DNA of 64,000 bases from Candidatus Aceula meridiana. Lineage in GTDB: Bacteria > Omnitrophota > Gorgyraeia > Zapsychrales > Aceulaceae. Within the stretch, counting starts at the first letter, position 1. Every line of letters begins with the position of its first letter. A program made the translations under genes and the position numbers. A model generated the notes under the pieces. It ran no database searches. It was not told the origin of the DNA and saw nothing but the letters and a program-made list of their open reading frames with translations. Shown here in pieces: positions 10,324-19,596 of the stretch. The stretch is from contig JAVCDE010000003.1 of assembly GCA_030765185.1 (NCBI GenBank), positions 64,038-128,037 of the forward strand, in the 5' to 3' direction.

Positions 10324-11397
10324 ATGTTACAAAAATTCTTTAAAATTGCTAAAAAATTTATTAATTATATTTTAGGGCTATTTTCCAACGATATGGGTAT
10401 TGACTTAGGGACAGCTACTACTCTTGTCTATATCAAAGGTCAAGGCATTGTTTTATGCGAGCCGTCTGTTGTTGCGCTTCATAAAGAAACAGGGCATGTT
10501 TTAGCTGTTGGCGAGGAAGCCAAAAGAATGTTAGGGCGCACGCCTGGTAATATTGTTGCCATTCGGCCGATGAAAGATGGTGTTATTTCTGATTTTGAAA
10601 TTACAGAAGCTATGCTTCGGTATTTTATTAAAAAAGTGCATTCACGTCGTGTTTTAGTTCGTCCCGCTATGGTTGTAGCGATTCCTTCCGGAATTACAGA
10701 GGTAGAGAAACGTGCTGTTAGAGATTCAGCAGAAAAAGCAGGTGCACGCTCTGTAGATCTTATCGAAGAGCCAAAGGCAGCTGCCGTTGGCGCAGGCCTT
10801 CCCGTTGAAGATCCTGCTGGCAACATGATTGTGGACATCGGAGGCGGAACCACGGAATTTGCTGTTATTTCTTTAGGAGGCATTGTTTATTCACAGTCAA
10901 TCCGCATTGCCGGTGATGAAATGGATGAGGCGATCATTGATTATTTAGGAAAAACTTATAACTTGATGATTGGCGAGAGAACTGCTGAAGAAATTAAAAT
11001 TCGGATTGGATCAGCTTATTCTTTGGATGAAGAGTTGAATATGGATGTTCGCGGCCGTGATTTAATTTCAGGACTTCCTAAAACCATTGCGGTGACTTCT
11101 GTTGAGGTTCGTGAAGCTTTGCAGGGACCAGTAAGAGCTATCGTTGACGGATCGAAATCAACGCTTGAACATACACCACCAGAGTTGGCTGCAGATTTGA
11201 TTGATCGCGGCATTGTTATGGCGGGGGGTGGCGCAATGTTACGAGGCCTCGATAAGCTTATCGCTGAAGAAACAGGGTTACCGGTTCACATCGCTGACGA
11301 TCCCTTGACGGCTGTTGTCTTGGGAACAGGTCAAACGTTGGATATGCCGGCTCGCTTAAGACGTGGGCTTGTCGTTCCTACCAAAATCGATTTTTAA
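10324..11397 (+). CDS. mreB: rod shape-determining actin MreB
   Basis: [44 protein letters not shown]; long N-terminal amphipathic helix. Confidence 0.98.
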   Translation: MLQKFFKIAKKFINYILGLFSNDMGIDLGTATTLVYIKGQGIVLCEPSVVALHKETGHVLAVGEEAKRMLGRTPGNIVAIRPMKDGVISDFEITEAMLRYFIKKVHSRRVLVRPAMVVAIPSGITEVEKRAVRDSAEKAGARSVDLIEEPKAAAVGAGLPVEDPAGNMIVDIGGGTTEFAVISLGGIVYSQSIRIAGDEMDEAIIDYLGKTYNLMIGERTAEEIKIRIGSAYSLDEELNMDVRGRDLISGLPKTIAVTSVEVREALQGPVRAIVDGSKSTLEHTPPELAADLIDRGIVMAGGGAMLRGLDKLIAEETGLPVHIADDPLTAVVLGTGQTLDMPARLRRGLVVPTKIDF

Positions 11398-11419
11398 TTA
11401 ATTTAATCTGTGTGCTAGT

Positions 11420-12202
11420 GTGTTTCCACGTATTAATAAAAAAGCCATCTATTTTTTTGTTCTTCTGATTCCTATCGTTTTTTTATTTTTCTTTCAGAAT
11501 TCTTCTTCTGGTTTAAAGATAAAAATCGCTGAGACTTCCTCGTGGCCCTTAAGGGTCATTTTGTTCCCGTTCAAAGAATTCAAAAAAGCTATTTCTTATC
11601 ATAAAACGTATGATGATTATCAGGATTTAAAAAAAGAGGCAGATACCTTCAAGCGAAGATTGCAAGAACAAGAGGAAGTTCTTAAAGAAAATAATCGTTT
11701 AAAAAAACTTTTAGAATTAAAACAGAGCGCTGTTTTTTCTTCAACGGCAGCAAATGTTATTGCTCGCAATCCTTCCAATTGGTCAGCTGCGATTATCATC
11801 GACAAGGGAAGCAGAGACGGGATAGAACAGGGAATGCCTGTTGTCAGCTCTCTGGGAGTTATTGGAAAAATTATTGAAGTCGGCGTCAAGACAAGCAAGG
11901 TCATGCTCTTAACGGATCCACGATTTAGTGTTGCTGTTTTGATTCAACGCAATCGAGAGCAGGGACTTGTCTCGGGAAGTCTTCAGGGGCTTTGCCGTAT
12001 GCAGTATTTATCTCCAGATGTTGTGATCGAAATCGGTGATAAAGTCACGACTTCCAAATTAAGCTCCTTTTTTCCTGAAGGCTTGCTCATCGGCAAAGTT
12101 GTTGATGTACGCGAAAGCCTTTCAAGCCCAACTATTGAATGCCTTGTTGAGCCAGCAGTTTCCTTATCTCAAATCGAAGAAGTTATTGTTATCAAAAGAT
12201 AG
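11420..12202 (+). CDS. mreC: rod shape-determining protein MreC
   Basis: TM, coiled coil ENNRLKKLL, IIIDKGSRDGI, FPEGLLIGKV; GTG start. Confidence 0.95.
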   Translation: MFPRINKKAIYFFVLLIPIVFLFFFQNSSSGLKIKIAETSSWPLRVILFPFKEFKKAISYHKTYDDYQDLKKEADTFKRRLQEQEEVLKENNRLKKLLELKQSAVFSSTAANVIARNPSNWSAAIIIDKGSRDGIEQGMPVVSSLGVIGKIIEVGVKTSKVMLLTDPRFSVAVLIQRNREQGLVSGSLQGLCRMQYLSPDVVIEIGDKVTTSKLSSFFPEGLLIGKVVDVRESLSSPTIECLVEPAVSLSQIEEVIVIKR

Positions 12203-12235
12203 TTATTCATAAAAATTAAACAAAAGTATTTTTCC

Positions 12236-12724
12236 ATGTTAAAGAAATTTTTCGGAATCGTTGTTTTTATTTTTTTTCTTTTTGCTATTGAAAATATTTT
12301 GTTTTATTTTTTTGGGTTTTGGTTTAAGCCAAATCTCATTTTGTTGTGGATTATTTTTTTGAATCTTTTTTTAGGGATTCGGTATGGTTTAGTCGCTTCT
12401 TTTTGCGCAGGACTTTTGCAAGATAGTTTTTCTACGGGTGCTTTCGGGGCACACATTTTAAGCTTTATTGTGTGCTCATATCTTATCGTTGTTATCCGTA
12501 AGTATTTCCTTCAGTTAGAAACTGCATCATTTCGCTTGGCTATATCGGGAGTCGTAGCAATCTTAAATGTACTTGTTCTTTATGTAATTAATTCATTTTT
12601 TATGAAAATAAGTTTTTCAGAAACAGTTGTTTTTATCTTATTCCCAGAAGTTTTATCCACTGTCTTAATGGCATGGCTATTGTTTGATTATTATAAAAAA
12701 TGCGCCTTAAAATTATTCGCTTAG
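12236..12724 (+). CDS. mreD: rod shape-determining protein MreD
   Basis: Polytopic hydrophobic protein with PNL and GLLQD motifs, between mreC and mrdA. Confidence 0.88.
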   Translation: MLKKFFGIVVFIFFLFAIENILFYFFGFWFKPNLILLWIIFLNLFLGIRYGLVASFCAGLLQDSFSTGAFGAHILSFIVCSYLIVVIRKYFLQLETASFRLAISGVVAILNVLVLYVINSFFMKISFSETVVFILFPEVLSTVLMAWLLFDYYKKCALKLFA

Positions 12725-14415
12725 TTATTGCTTCTTTTTTTGTTGTCCTGGGCTTGGGACTGATTTATCTACAAATTATCCAGGGGCAGCACTACTATAA
12801 CTTGAGCGTAAATAACCGTATTCGTGTTGTTCCTATCGAAGGTATCCGTGGTCGTATTCTTGATCGAAACGGCATTATTTTAGCCGATACACGTGTTTCT
12901 TTTGATGTTTTTGTTGTTCCTCAGGAATTAGAAAAAGAAAAAGAGATGTTTGTTTTTTTGAGCAAGACGCTTGATGTCGACCAAAAAGAACTTGAGAAAA
13001 CATACAAGAAGAAAATGATTGCTCAGTTTGTCCCTGTCGCGATTGCGCAAGACATCTCTCGCGATAAAGCTATTGTTCTTGAAGAACATAAATTTCGCTT
13101 CCCTGGACTCATCATTCAACTTGGCGCAAAAAGAGATTATCCTCTAAAAAGCATCGGGGCCCATGTTTTAGGTTATGTTGGAAAAATGAGCCCATCAAAG
13201 AAAATTAAATTTAAAGAATATGGGTATGCTATTCCAAAGATTACGGGATATTCGGGAATCGAAGAATACTATGACAGTTTTTTAAAAGGAAAAGACGGCG
13301 GTCTTCAGGTTGAGGTCAATCATCGTGGAGAGCAGGTTCGCCTTTTAGGTATGCGAACACCTGTCCGTGGGCAAGACATGACGCTGACCATTGATTCGCG
13401 TATTCAGAAAATTGCAGCGGATTGCATAAGCAAATATATTGGTTCTATTGTTGTTTTAGATTTAGATTCCGGAGAAGTTTTAGGAATGGTAAATTCACCG
13501 TCTTTTGATCCGAATGTTTTTGTGAAGGCAAGCGAAAGCAATAAGAGGGCGAAACTTTTTTCCGATCCAAAAGCGCCGATGTTAAACCGAGCTATCGGAG
13601 GCCAGTATCCTCCTGGATCTGTTTTTAAGATTCCTTTGGCCATTGCAGCCCTAGACTCAGGAAAAATTACGGCTAACAGCACTTTTTCTTGTAATGGATT
13701 TTATTCTTTAGGGCGGCGGAGATTTCGATGTTCCCATTCGCATGGGATGCAAAATTTTACCGAAGCGATCGCGCATTCTTGCAATGTCTATTTTTATAAT
13801 GTTGGCCTTATTTTAGGGGCTCAAAAAATTCGAGAGTTTGCTCATCTTTTTGGATTGGGGATGCGGACAGATATTGACTTGCCTTACGAAGAGAAAGGAC
13901 TTATTCCAGATCCTGACAATTATTATAAGCGTGCCAAGCGGCGATGGAGCAAGGGGGACACTCTTAACTTTTCTATTGGACAAGGAGATGTTTTAGTAAC
14001 TCCTTTGCAGGTTGTCAATATGATGGCAACTGTTGCGAGAGATGGAAAAGAGATTCCACCACGCCTTCTTAAATCTGCTGCGGATATTAAGAAAGTTCAG
14101 GGATATCTCGAGCGTGATATCAACATCCCTAAGCCTTATTTTGATTTAGTTAAGGGAGGAGCAAAAGCAGCTATTGCGGATTATGCTGGTACGGCACGCG
14201 TTTTGTATATGAAGGATTTACTTGTTATGGGAAAAACCGGAACAGCACAAACTTCAGGGAAAAAAAAGACACACGCGTGGTTTGCTGGTTTTTGCCCAGA
14301 GACAAAAAGGAAAATTGTTTTTTGTGTCTTCTTAGAGCATGGCGGATCAAGCTATAATGCATGCCGAGTGGCGAAGGAACTACTTCAGTCGATGAAAAAA
14401 CAGAACATTCTGTAA
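12700..14415 (+). CDS. mrdA: penicillin-binding protein 2
   Basis: RGRILDRNG, PGSVFK (SxxK), SCN, KTGTAQ. Confidence 0.96.
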   Translation: MRLKIIRLVIASFFVVLGLGLIYLQIIQGQHYYNLSVNNRIRVVPIEGIRGRILDRNGIILADTRVSFDVFVVPQELEKEKEMFVFLSKTLDVDQKELEKTYKKKMIAQFVPVAIAQDISRDKAIVLEEHKFRFPGLIIQLGAKRDYPLKSIGAHVLGYVGKMSPSKKIKFKEYGYAIPKITGYSGIEEYYDSFLKGKDGGLQVEVNHRGEQVRLLGMRTPVRGQDMTLTIDSRIQKIAADCISKYIGSIVVLDLDSGEVLGMVNSPSFDPNVFVKASESNKRAKLFSDPKAPMLNRAIGGQYPPGSVFKIPLAIAALDSGKITANSTFSCNGFYSLGRRRFRCSHSHGMQNFTEAIAHSCNVYFYNVGLILGAQKIREFAHLFGLGMRTDIDLPYEEKGLIPDPDNYYKRAKRRWSKGDTLNFSIGQGDVLVTPLQVVNMMATVARDGKEIPPRLLKSAADIKKVQGYLERDINIPKPYFDLVKGGAKAAIADYAGTARVLYMKDLLVMGKTGTAQTSGKKKTHAWFAGFCPETKRKIVFCVFLEHGGSSYNACRVAKELLQSMKKQNIL

Positions 14416-14429
14416 TTTATTAAATTATC

Positions 14430-15536
14430 ATGAACGGAAATCTTAAAAAAATTATTTTCACGCTTATTGTCGTCATCATCGTCATAGGACTCGTAGCTCT
14501 TTATAGCGCGTCTTATCAAAACATTCGCGTTCCTCGCAAGATTTTTTACGGACAGCTTGTGATGGCTATTTTAGGAATAGGGGCAATTTGGGCGTTGAGT
14601 TATTTTGATTATAGAAAATTTTATGACATGGCCTATATTCTTTATGCGGTTAACATTATTTTTTTGATTGGGATTTTTATTTTTGGTCGGTATGCCTTAG
14701 GGGCTAAACGATGGATTGAGTTTTTTGGTGTTAACTTTCAGCCGTCTGAGCTGATGAAGTTATCGGTCATTTTGGTTTTAGCGCGTTATTTTACGGATCA
14801 GAAACCTACGATTTCTTTTTATCGGCAAAGCTTAAAAGGGGGGTTTTGGGCTGACCTTCTTATTCCTCTTTTTTTAGTGGTTTTTCCTATGCTATTAATT
14901 TTTAAGCAACCGGATTTGGGAACAGCCCTTTTGCTGTTAGGAATTTTCGTGGTCATTCTTTATGCGAGTGGGATTTCTTATAAGTATTTTTTAGGTCTTT
15001 TAGTCTTTTGTGCTATGGCTGTGCCGCTTTTGTGGAGTGTAATGAAACCATATCAAAAGGATCGGTTGTTAGTTTTCTTAAACCCAAATATTGACCCTCT
15101 TGGGGCAGGGTATACGATTATTCAGTCGAAGATTGCTGTCGGATCGGGACAGATTTTTGGTAAGGGATGGCTTGCCGGAACTCAGAACCAACTTAATTTC
15201 TTGCCGGAGAGGCATACCGACTTTATTTTTTCTGTAATCGGAGAGGAGTGGGGTTTAATCGGGAGCTTTTTTCTTTTGAGCTGTTTTTTTGCTTTAATTA
15301 TGCTGGGCCTTAATGTTGTTGAACAGACAAAAGAGAAGTTCGGTTATTTAGCTGCTCTTGGGATTATTACTATTTTTGCACTTCAGGTGATAATTAATAT
15401 TGGCATGGTGCTGGGCTTATGCCCCATTGTTGGCTTAACTCTTCCTTTGGTGAGTTACGGGAAATCTTCCTTTCTTGTTTTTGTCCTAATGCTTGGGTTC
15501 TTGTTGAATTTAAGCAGGCGGCGAACTATTTTTTAA
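14430..15536 (+). CDS. rodA: SEDS glycosyltransferase RodA
   Basis: GAKRWI, FQPSELMK, QPDLGTA, LPERHTDFIF, LPLVSYG. Confidence 0.96.
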   Translation: MNGNLKKIIFTLIVVIIVIGLVALYSASYQNIRVPRKIFYGQLVMAILGIGAIWALSYFDYRKFYDMAYILYAVNIIFLIGIFIFGRYALGAKRWIEFFGVNFQPSELMKLSVILVLARYFTDQKPTISFYRQSLKGGFWADLLIPLFLVVFPMLLIFKQPDLGTALLLLGIFVVILYASGISYKYFLGLLVFCAMAVPLLWSVMKPYQKDRLLVFLNPNIDPLGAGYTIIQSKIAVGSGQIFGKGWLAGTQNQLNFLPERHTDFIFSVIGEEWGLIGSFFLLSCFFALIMLGLNVVEQTKEKFGYLAALGIITIFALQVIINIGMVLGLCPIVGLTLPLVSYGKSSFLVFVLMLGFLLNLSRRRTIF

Positions 15537-15619
15537 AAAATATCATCGAAATTGTAATCTTGCAGGTTTTAAGGTAAGATAAATAAAAATATTTATGAAT
15601 ATTAGTATTTATATTTAAC

Positions 15620-16063
15620 ATGGGAACATACAAACGCATTAATAATAAATTTTTAGGAGAGCTTTTAATCGAGCGCGATGTTATTACTAAAGAGCAGCTT
15701 GATGAAGCTATGGCACACCAGGAAGAAAAGGGTGGGCTCATGGGAGAGGTTTTGGTAAATCTCAAATATGCTTCAGAAGAGGATATCGCTCAGGCGTTGA
15801 CTTCTCAGTATGGGTTTCCTTATCTTCCGCTATCAAATTATGAAATTGAGGATGATGTCCTTGCTTCGCTTTCGAAGGAAGTTTGTGAAAAGTTTTGTCT
15901 TGTTCCAATAGACAAGATTGGCGCAAGTCTGACTTTGGCTATGGCGGATCCCTTAAACGCAAAGGCCATCGAAGAGATTGAGGCGTTAACAGGTTGTTCC
16001 GTTCAGACGTTTGTTAGCACGTCTAAGGATATCCGAGAAACAGTGCAAAAGTATTATAAATAA
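15620..16063 (+). CDS. stand-alone MshEN / T2SSE_N domain protein
   Basis: Two 24-aa xLG..L...(V)I....L...A...Q repeats with a 5-aa linker, then VPI..LTLAMADP; no ATPase domain. Confidence 0.88.
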   Translation: MGTYKRINNKFLGELLIERDVITKEQLDEAMAHQEEKGGLMGEVLVNLKYASEEDIAQALTSQYGFPYLPLSNYEIEDDVLASLSKEVCEKFCLVPIDKIGASLTLAMADPLNAKAIEEIEALTGCSVQTFVSTSKDIRETVQKYYK

Positions 16064-16067
16064 ACAT

Positions 16068-17801
16068 ATGTTTTCTCCATACGAATATTTTCAGAAAATT
16101 CTTATCGAAAAAACGATTCTTGAGCCGAAGGATGTTGATAAAGTTCTTGACGAATCGCAAGCCGCATCAGAACCTTTTACAGAAATTCTTATAAAGCAAG
16201 GTCTTGTTACAGAGGCCCAGCTGATATCTTTTCTTATCGAAGGCTTAGGTCAGCCACCTGTCGATGTTTCTAATATTGCCATTGATCTAGAAGTCCTTGC
16301 CCTCATGCCTAAGGCCATGGTGCTTAAATATCAGGCTATGCCTATTGTTCGCATTGGGCGGACTCTTATCCTTGCCATGGTTAATCAGACGGATATTGTT
16401 TCGATTGATAACATTAACGCTTTGACAGGCCTGCGTGTTTATTCGGTTGCGACACAGCTGAAAGATATTGAAAAAGCCGTTGCTATTTATTTTACAGAAA
16501 ATTCTGATGCCGCTTTTGATCAGATTATTAAAGATATTTCTGACACCGAAGAGATGGAGCTTATTAGCGAAGCTGATAAGCAAATGGACAAAGACCATGT
16601 GGAGAATCTTCTCCAGGATGCCCCCACAATAAGATTAACCGACGCCATTATCAAGCAGGCAATTCTTGCCAAGGCGAGTGATATTTTTATTGAGCCGTTA
16701 GAAAAAGCTTTGCGCATTCGTTACCGTGTTGATGGTATTATTCGTGAAGTTGACCGCATGTCGAGGAATTTGCATTTTCCAGTTGTTTCGCGTATTAAAA
16801 TTATGGCTAGTCTTGATATTTCTGAGCATCGTCTTCCTCAAGATGGGCGTTTCAGAATAGTTACGGATAAAAAAAAGGAAGTTGATTTTCGTGTTAGTGT
16901 TTTGCCGGCGGCCCTTGGTGAAAAAGTTGTTTTGCGTGTTTTAGATAAAAATGCGGCGATGCTTGATTTAACAAAACTTGGGTTTCATCCTAGGGCGTTA
17001 CAATCACTTCAGGAATGTTCGGTTAAGCCTCATGGAATGATTTTGACGTGTGGTCCTACCGGAAGCGGAAAAACAACGACTCTTTATTCGATTTTAAAAT
17101 TTATTGATTCCCCGGAGAAAAACATTATCACTGTCGAGGATCCGGTTGAATATCAAATGAAAGGAATTAACCAGGTTAATGTGAAGCCCCAAGTTAATTT
17201 GACCTTTGCTTCAACTCTAAGGTCAATCTTAAGACAAGATCCTGACATTATTATGATTGGGGAGATTCGAGATTTCGAAACGCTGGATGTCGCGGTTAAG
17301 GCGGCTTTAACAGGCCATCTTGTTTTAAGCTCTTTGCATACGACGACGGCAGCTGGGTCGGTTGTACGTATGGTTAATATGGGAATTGAACCTTTTTTGA
17401 TTTGTTCTTCGGTTTTAGCGGTTGTAGCTCAAAGGCTCTTGAGAAGGCTTTGCGACAAATGTAAAGAGGTGTATGATCTTCCAGATTATCTTATCAAAAA
17501 GTTAAGTTTAAAGAATTATCATTTTGATACAAAGCCCCAATTTTATAAAGCCAAAGGATGCAAGCATTGTTTTGATCTAGGTTACAAGGGGCGGGTTGGC
17601 ATTACTGAAATTATGGTTTTAACGTCTGCTCTTAAAAAAATGGTTTTAGAAAGTTGCGGAGAATATCGGCTTAAGGAGGCGGCACGCAAGGAAGGCATGA
17701 TAACAATGCGGGAAGATGCTATCTACAAAGCTGCTGCGGGCTTAACATCTATTGAGGAAGTTTTAAGGGTGACTGTTTCTGATGAAACGATAGAGGAATA
17801 A
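16068..17801 (+). CDS. pilB: type IV pilus assembly ATPase, PilB/GspE family, paralogue 1
   Basis: ATG 16068 preferred over TTG 16011; RLPQDGR, GPTGSGKT, TVEDPVEY, LRQDPD..GEIRD, TGHL..LHT, CxxC..CxxC. Confidence 0.9.
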   Translation: MFSPYEYFQKILIEKTILEPKDVDKVLDESQAASEPFTEILIKQGLVTEAQLISFLIEGLGQPPVDVSNIAIDLEVLALMPKAMVLKYQAMPIVRIGRTLILAMVNQTDIVSIDNINALTGLRVYSVATQLKDIEKAVAIYFTENSDAAFDQIIKDISDTEEMELISEADKQMDKDHVENLLQDAPTIRLTDAIIKQAILAKASDIFIEPLEKALRIRYRVDGIIREVDRMSRNLHFPVVSRIKIMASLDISEHRLPQDGRFRIVTDKKKEVDFRVSVLPAALGEKVVLRVLDKNAAMLDLTKLGFHPRALQSLQECSVKPHGMILTCGPTGSGKTTTLYSILKFIDSPEKNIITVEDPVEYQMKGINQVNVKPQVNLTFASTLRSILRQDPDIIMIGEIRDFETLDVAVKAALTGHLVLSSLHTTTAAGSVVRMVNMGIEPFLICSSVLAVVAQRLLRRLCDKCKEVYDLPDYLIKKLSLKNYHFDTKPQFYKAKGCKHCFDLGYKGRVGITEIMVLTSALKKMVLESCGEYRLKEAARKEGMITMREDAIYKAAAGLTSIEEVLRVTVSDETIEE

Positions 17802-19507
17802 TGGCTAAAACAATTAAAGAAAAAGTTCTCGAGGCTTTAGTCGAAAGTCACAGCATTTCAAAAAAAGAGCTTGATGAGGCATTGGGCGCCCAGAAGGAGA
17901 CTGGGGCAAGCTTAGACAGAGTCCTCGTCGATAAAGGTCTTATTTCAGAGAAAGAACTTTTAAGCCTTTTGGTCAAAGAGTTCGACATTCCCACCATCAA
18001 CCTATCTAAATATAAGATTGACCCTAGCTTAAAAGAAGCCATCCCTGAGCGTGTTGCACGCCAGTACCATCTTATTCCGATTTCGAGTTTAGGTAAGAAA
18101 ATTACAGTTGCCTTGTCAGACCCTTTTAATATTTTTGCGATTGATGATTTAAAGACATTGACTAATAAAAATATTGATGTTGTCATGAGCGAAGAGTCAA
18201 AAATTACCCAAGCGTTGGATACTTATTATGGGGCTGCTGACCTTGAGAGTGTAGCGGAAGTTAGCCGTGATATCGATATTCAGGATTTTGAAGTTGTTGA
18301 CGAAAAAGGGGAAGGCCAGGGCTCGGAGATGACGGTTGAGGAAAGCACTCAGGCTCCGATTATCCGCATGGTCGACCTCATTATCAAAGAAGCTTTGACG
18401 CAGCGAGCCTCGGATATTCACATTGAGCCTGGTGAAGAAAACGCAAGAGTGCGCTATCGTGTAGACGGTATTTTGCGTGATGTCTTAAAGATCCCAAAAG
18501 TTAATCAAAACGCTGTTATTGTTCGTATTAAAATTATTAGCGGAATTAATATTACAGAGACACAAGTGCCGCAAGACGGAAGATTTAAAATGCGTCTTTC
18601 AACCAAAGAGGTTGATTTTCGCGTTTCGCTTTTACCAATAACTTTTGGCCAGAAAATTGTTATTCGTGTTTTAGATAAATCTAGTTTATCCGTTGGGCTC
18701 GATGGCTTAAGTTTTTCACCGAAACCCTTGGAGAGAATAAAAAATGCAATCACGCAGCCTTTTGGCATGATTCTTGTCACGGGCCCAACCGGAAGTGGAA
18801 AGTCAACGACGCTATATTCAATTATTAATCAGCTTAACACCGTTGACCGAAATATTATTACTGCAGAGGACCCTGTTGAGTATCTCATTGACGGGTTGAC
18901 TCAAATTCCAGTTCGGGCGGACATAGGATTAACTTTTGCATCAGGACTAAGGGCTGTTTTAAGACAAAGTCCAGACATTGTTATGCTTGGAGAAATTCGA
19001 GATTCTGAAACAGCGGACATTGCTATTAAGGCTTCTTTGACTGGACAGCTTGTTTTATCAACGTTGCACACCAATGACGCGGCTGGTGCATTGACGCGCT
19101 TAATTGACATGGGCGTTGAATCTTTTTTAGTTGCTTCAAGCGTTGTTTGTATTTGCGCGCAACGCCTTTGTCGGACTATTTGCCCGAAGTGCCGAGAAGA
19201 AGTTTCTATCCCTGAGAAAACTTTAGCTGAATTAAAGCCGAGGGTAAAGCCAGGAATGAAATTTTATTATGGGAAAGGATGCGATTTTTGTCGTCAGACA
19301 GGTTACCGTGGACGCGTAGGTGTTATTGAAGTTATTGAGGTTGATGAAACAATTAAGGAGATGCTAATCAAAGGCAAGTCCTCAGGGGATATCAAGCAAT
19401 ATGCTATTAAAAAAGGGATGACAACGCTTTGGGATGATGCGATTAATAAGCTGATTGAGGGTGTAACAACTGTTGAAGAAGTTTTTCGCGTAACAAGTTC
19501 GGAATAA
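17801..19507 (+). CDS. pilB: type IV pilus assembly ATPase, PilB/GspE family, paralogue 2
   Basis: PQDGR, GPTGSGKST, TAEDPVEY, LRQSPD..GEIRD, LHTND, CPKC..CDFC; start overlaps upstream stop (TAATG). Confidence 0.92.
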   Translation: MAKTIKEKVLEALVESHSISKKELDEALGAQKETGASLDRVLVDKGLISEKELLSLLVKEFDIPTINLSKYKIDPSLKEAIPERVARQYHLIPISSLGKKITVALSDPFNIFAIDDLKTLTNKNIDVVMSEESKITQALDTYYGAADLESVAEVSRDIDIQDFEVVDEKGEGQGSEMTVEESTQAPIIRMVDLIIKEALTQRASDIHIEPGEENARVRYRVDGILRDVLKIPKVNQNAVIVRIKIISGINITETQVPQDGRFKMRLSTKEVDFRVSLLPITFGQKIVIRVLDKSSLSVGLDGLSFSPKPLERIKNAITQPFGMILVTGPTGSGKSTTLYSIINQLNTVDRNIITAEDPVEYLIDGLTQIPVRADIGLTFASGLRAVLRQSPDIVMLGEIRDSETADIAIKASLTGQLVLSTLHTNDAAGALTRLIDMGVESFLVASSVVCICAQRLCRTICPKCREEVSIPEKTLAELKPRVKPGMKFYYGKGCDFCRQTGYRGRVGVIEVIEVDETIKEMLIKGKSSGDIKQYAIKKGMTTLWDDAINKLIEGVTTVEEVFRVTSSE

Positions 19508-19533
19508 TTTTTTTAAATTTAGACGGCAAAGAT

Positions 19534-19561
19534 TTGCTATTCGAAAAATTTTCGCTAAAAT
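19534..19561 (+). promoter_or_regulatory. putative pilC promoter with palindromic spacer
   Basis: TTGCTA (19534-19539), 16 bp spacer containing CGAAAA-A-TTTTCG, TAAAAT (19556-19561). Confidence 0.45.
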
Positions 19562-19596
19562 AGAAGTACAACGTTTTATTACAAGGAGCTTGGCAA

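Noticed and set aside
16011-16067. Possible +1 frameshift fusing the free MshEN protein to PilB1 (frames overlap by about 53 nt)
   Set aside because: No slippery site or stimulatory structure seen. PilB1 has its own N-domain and an ATG 4 nt after the upstream stop
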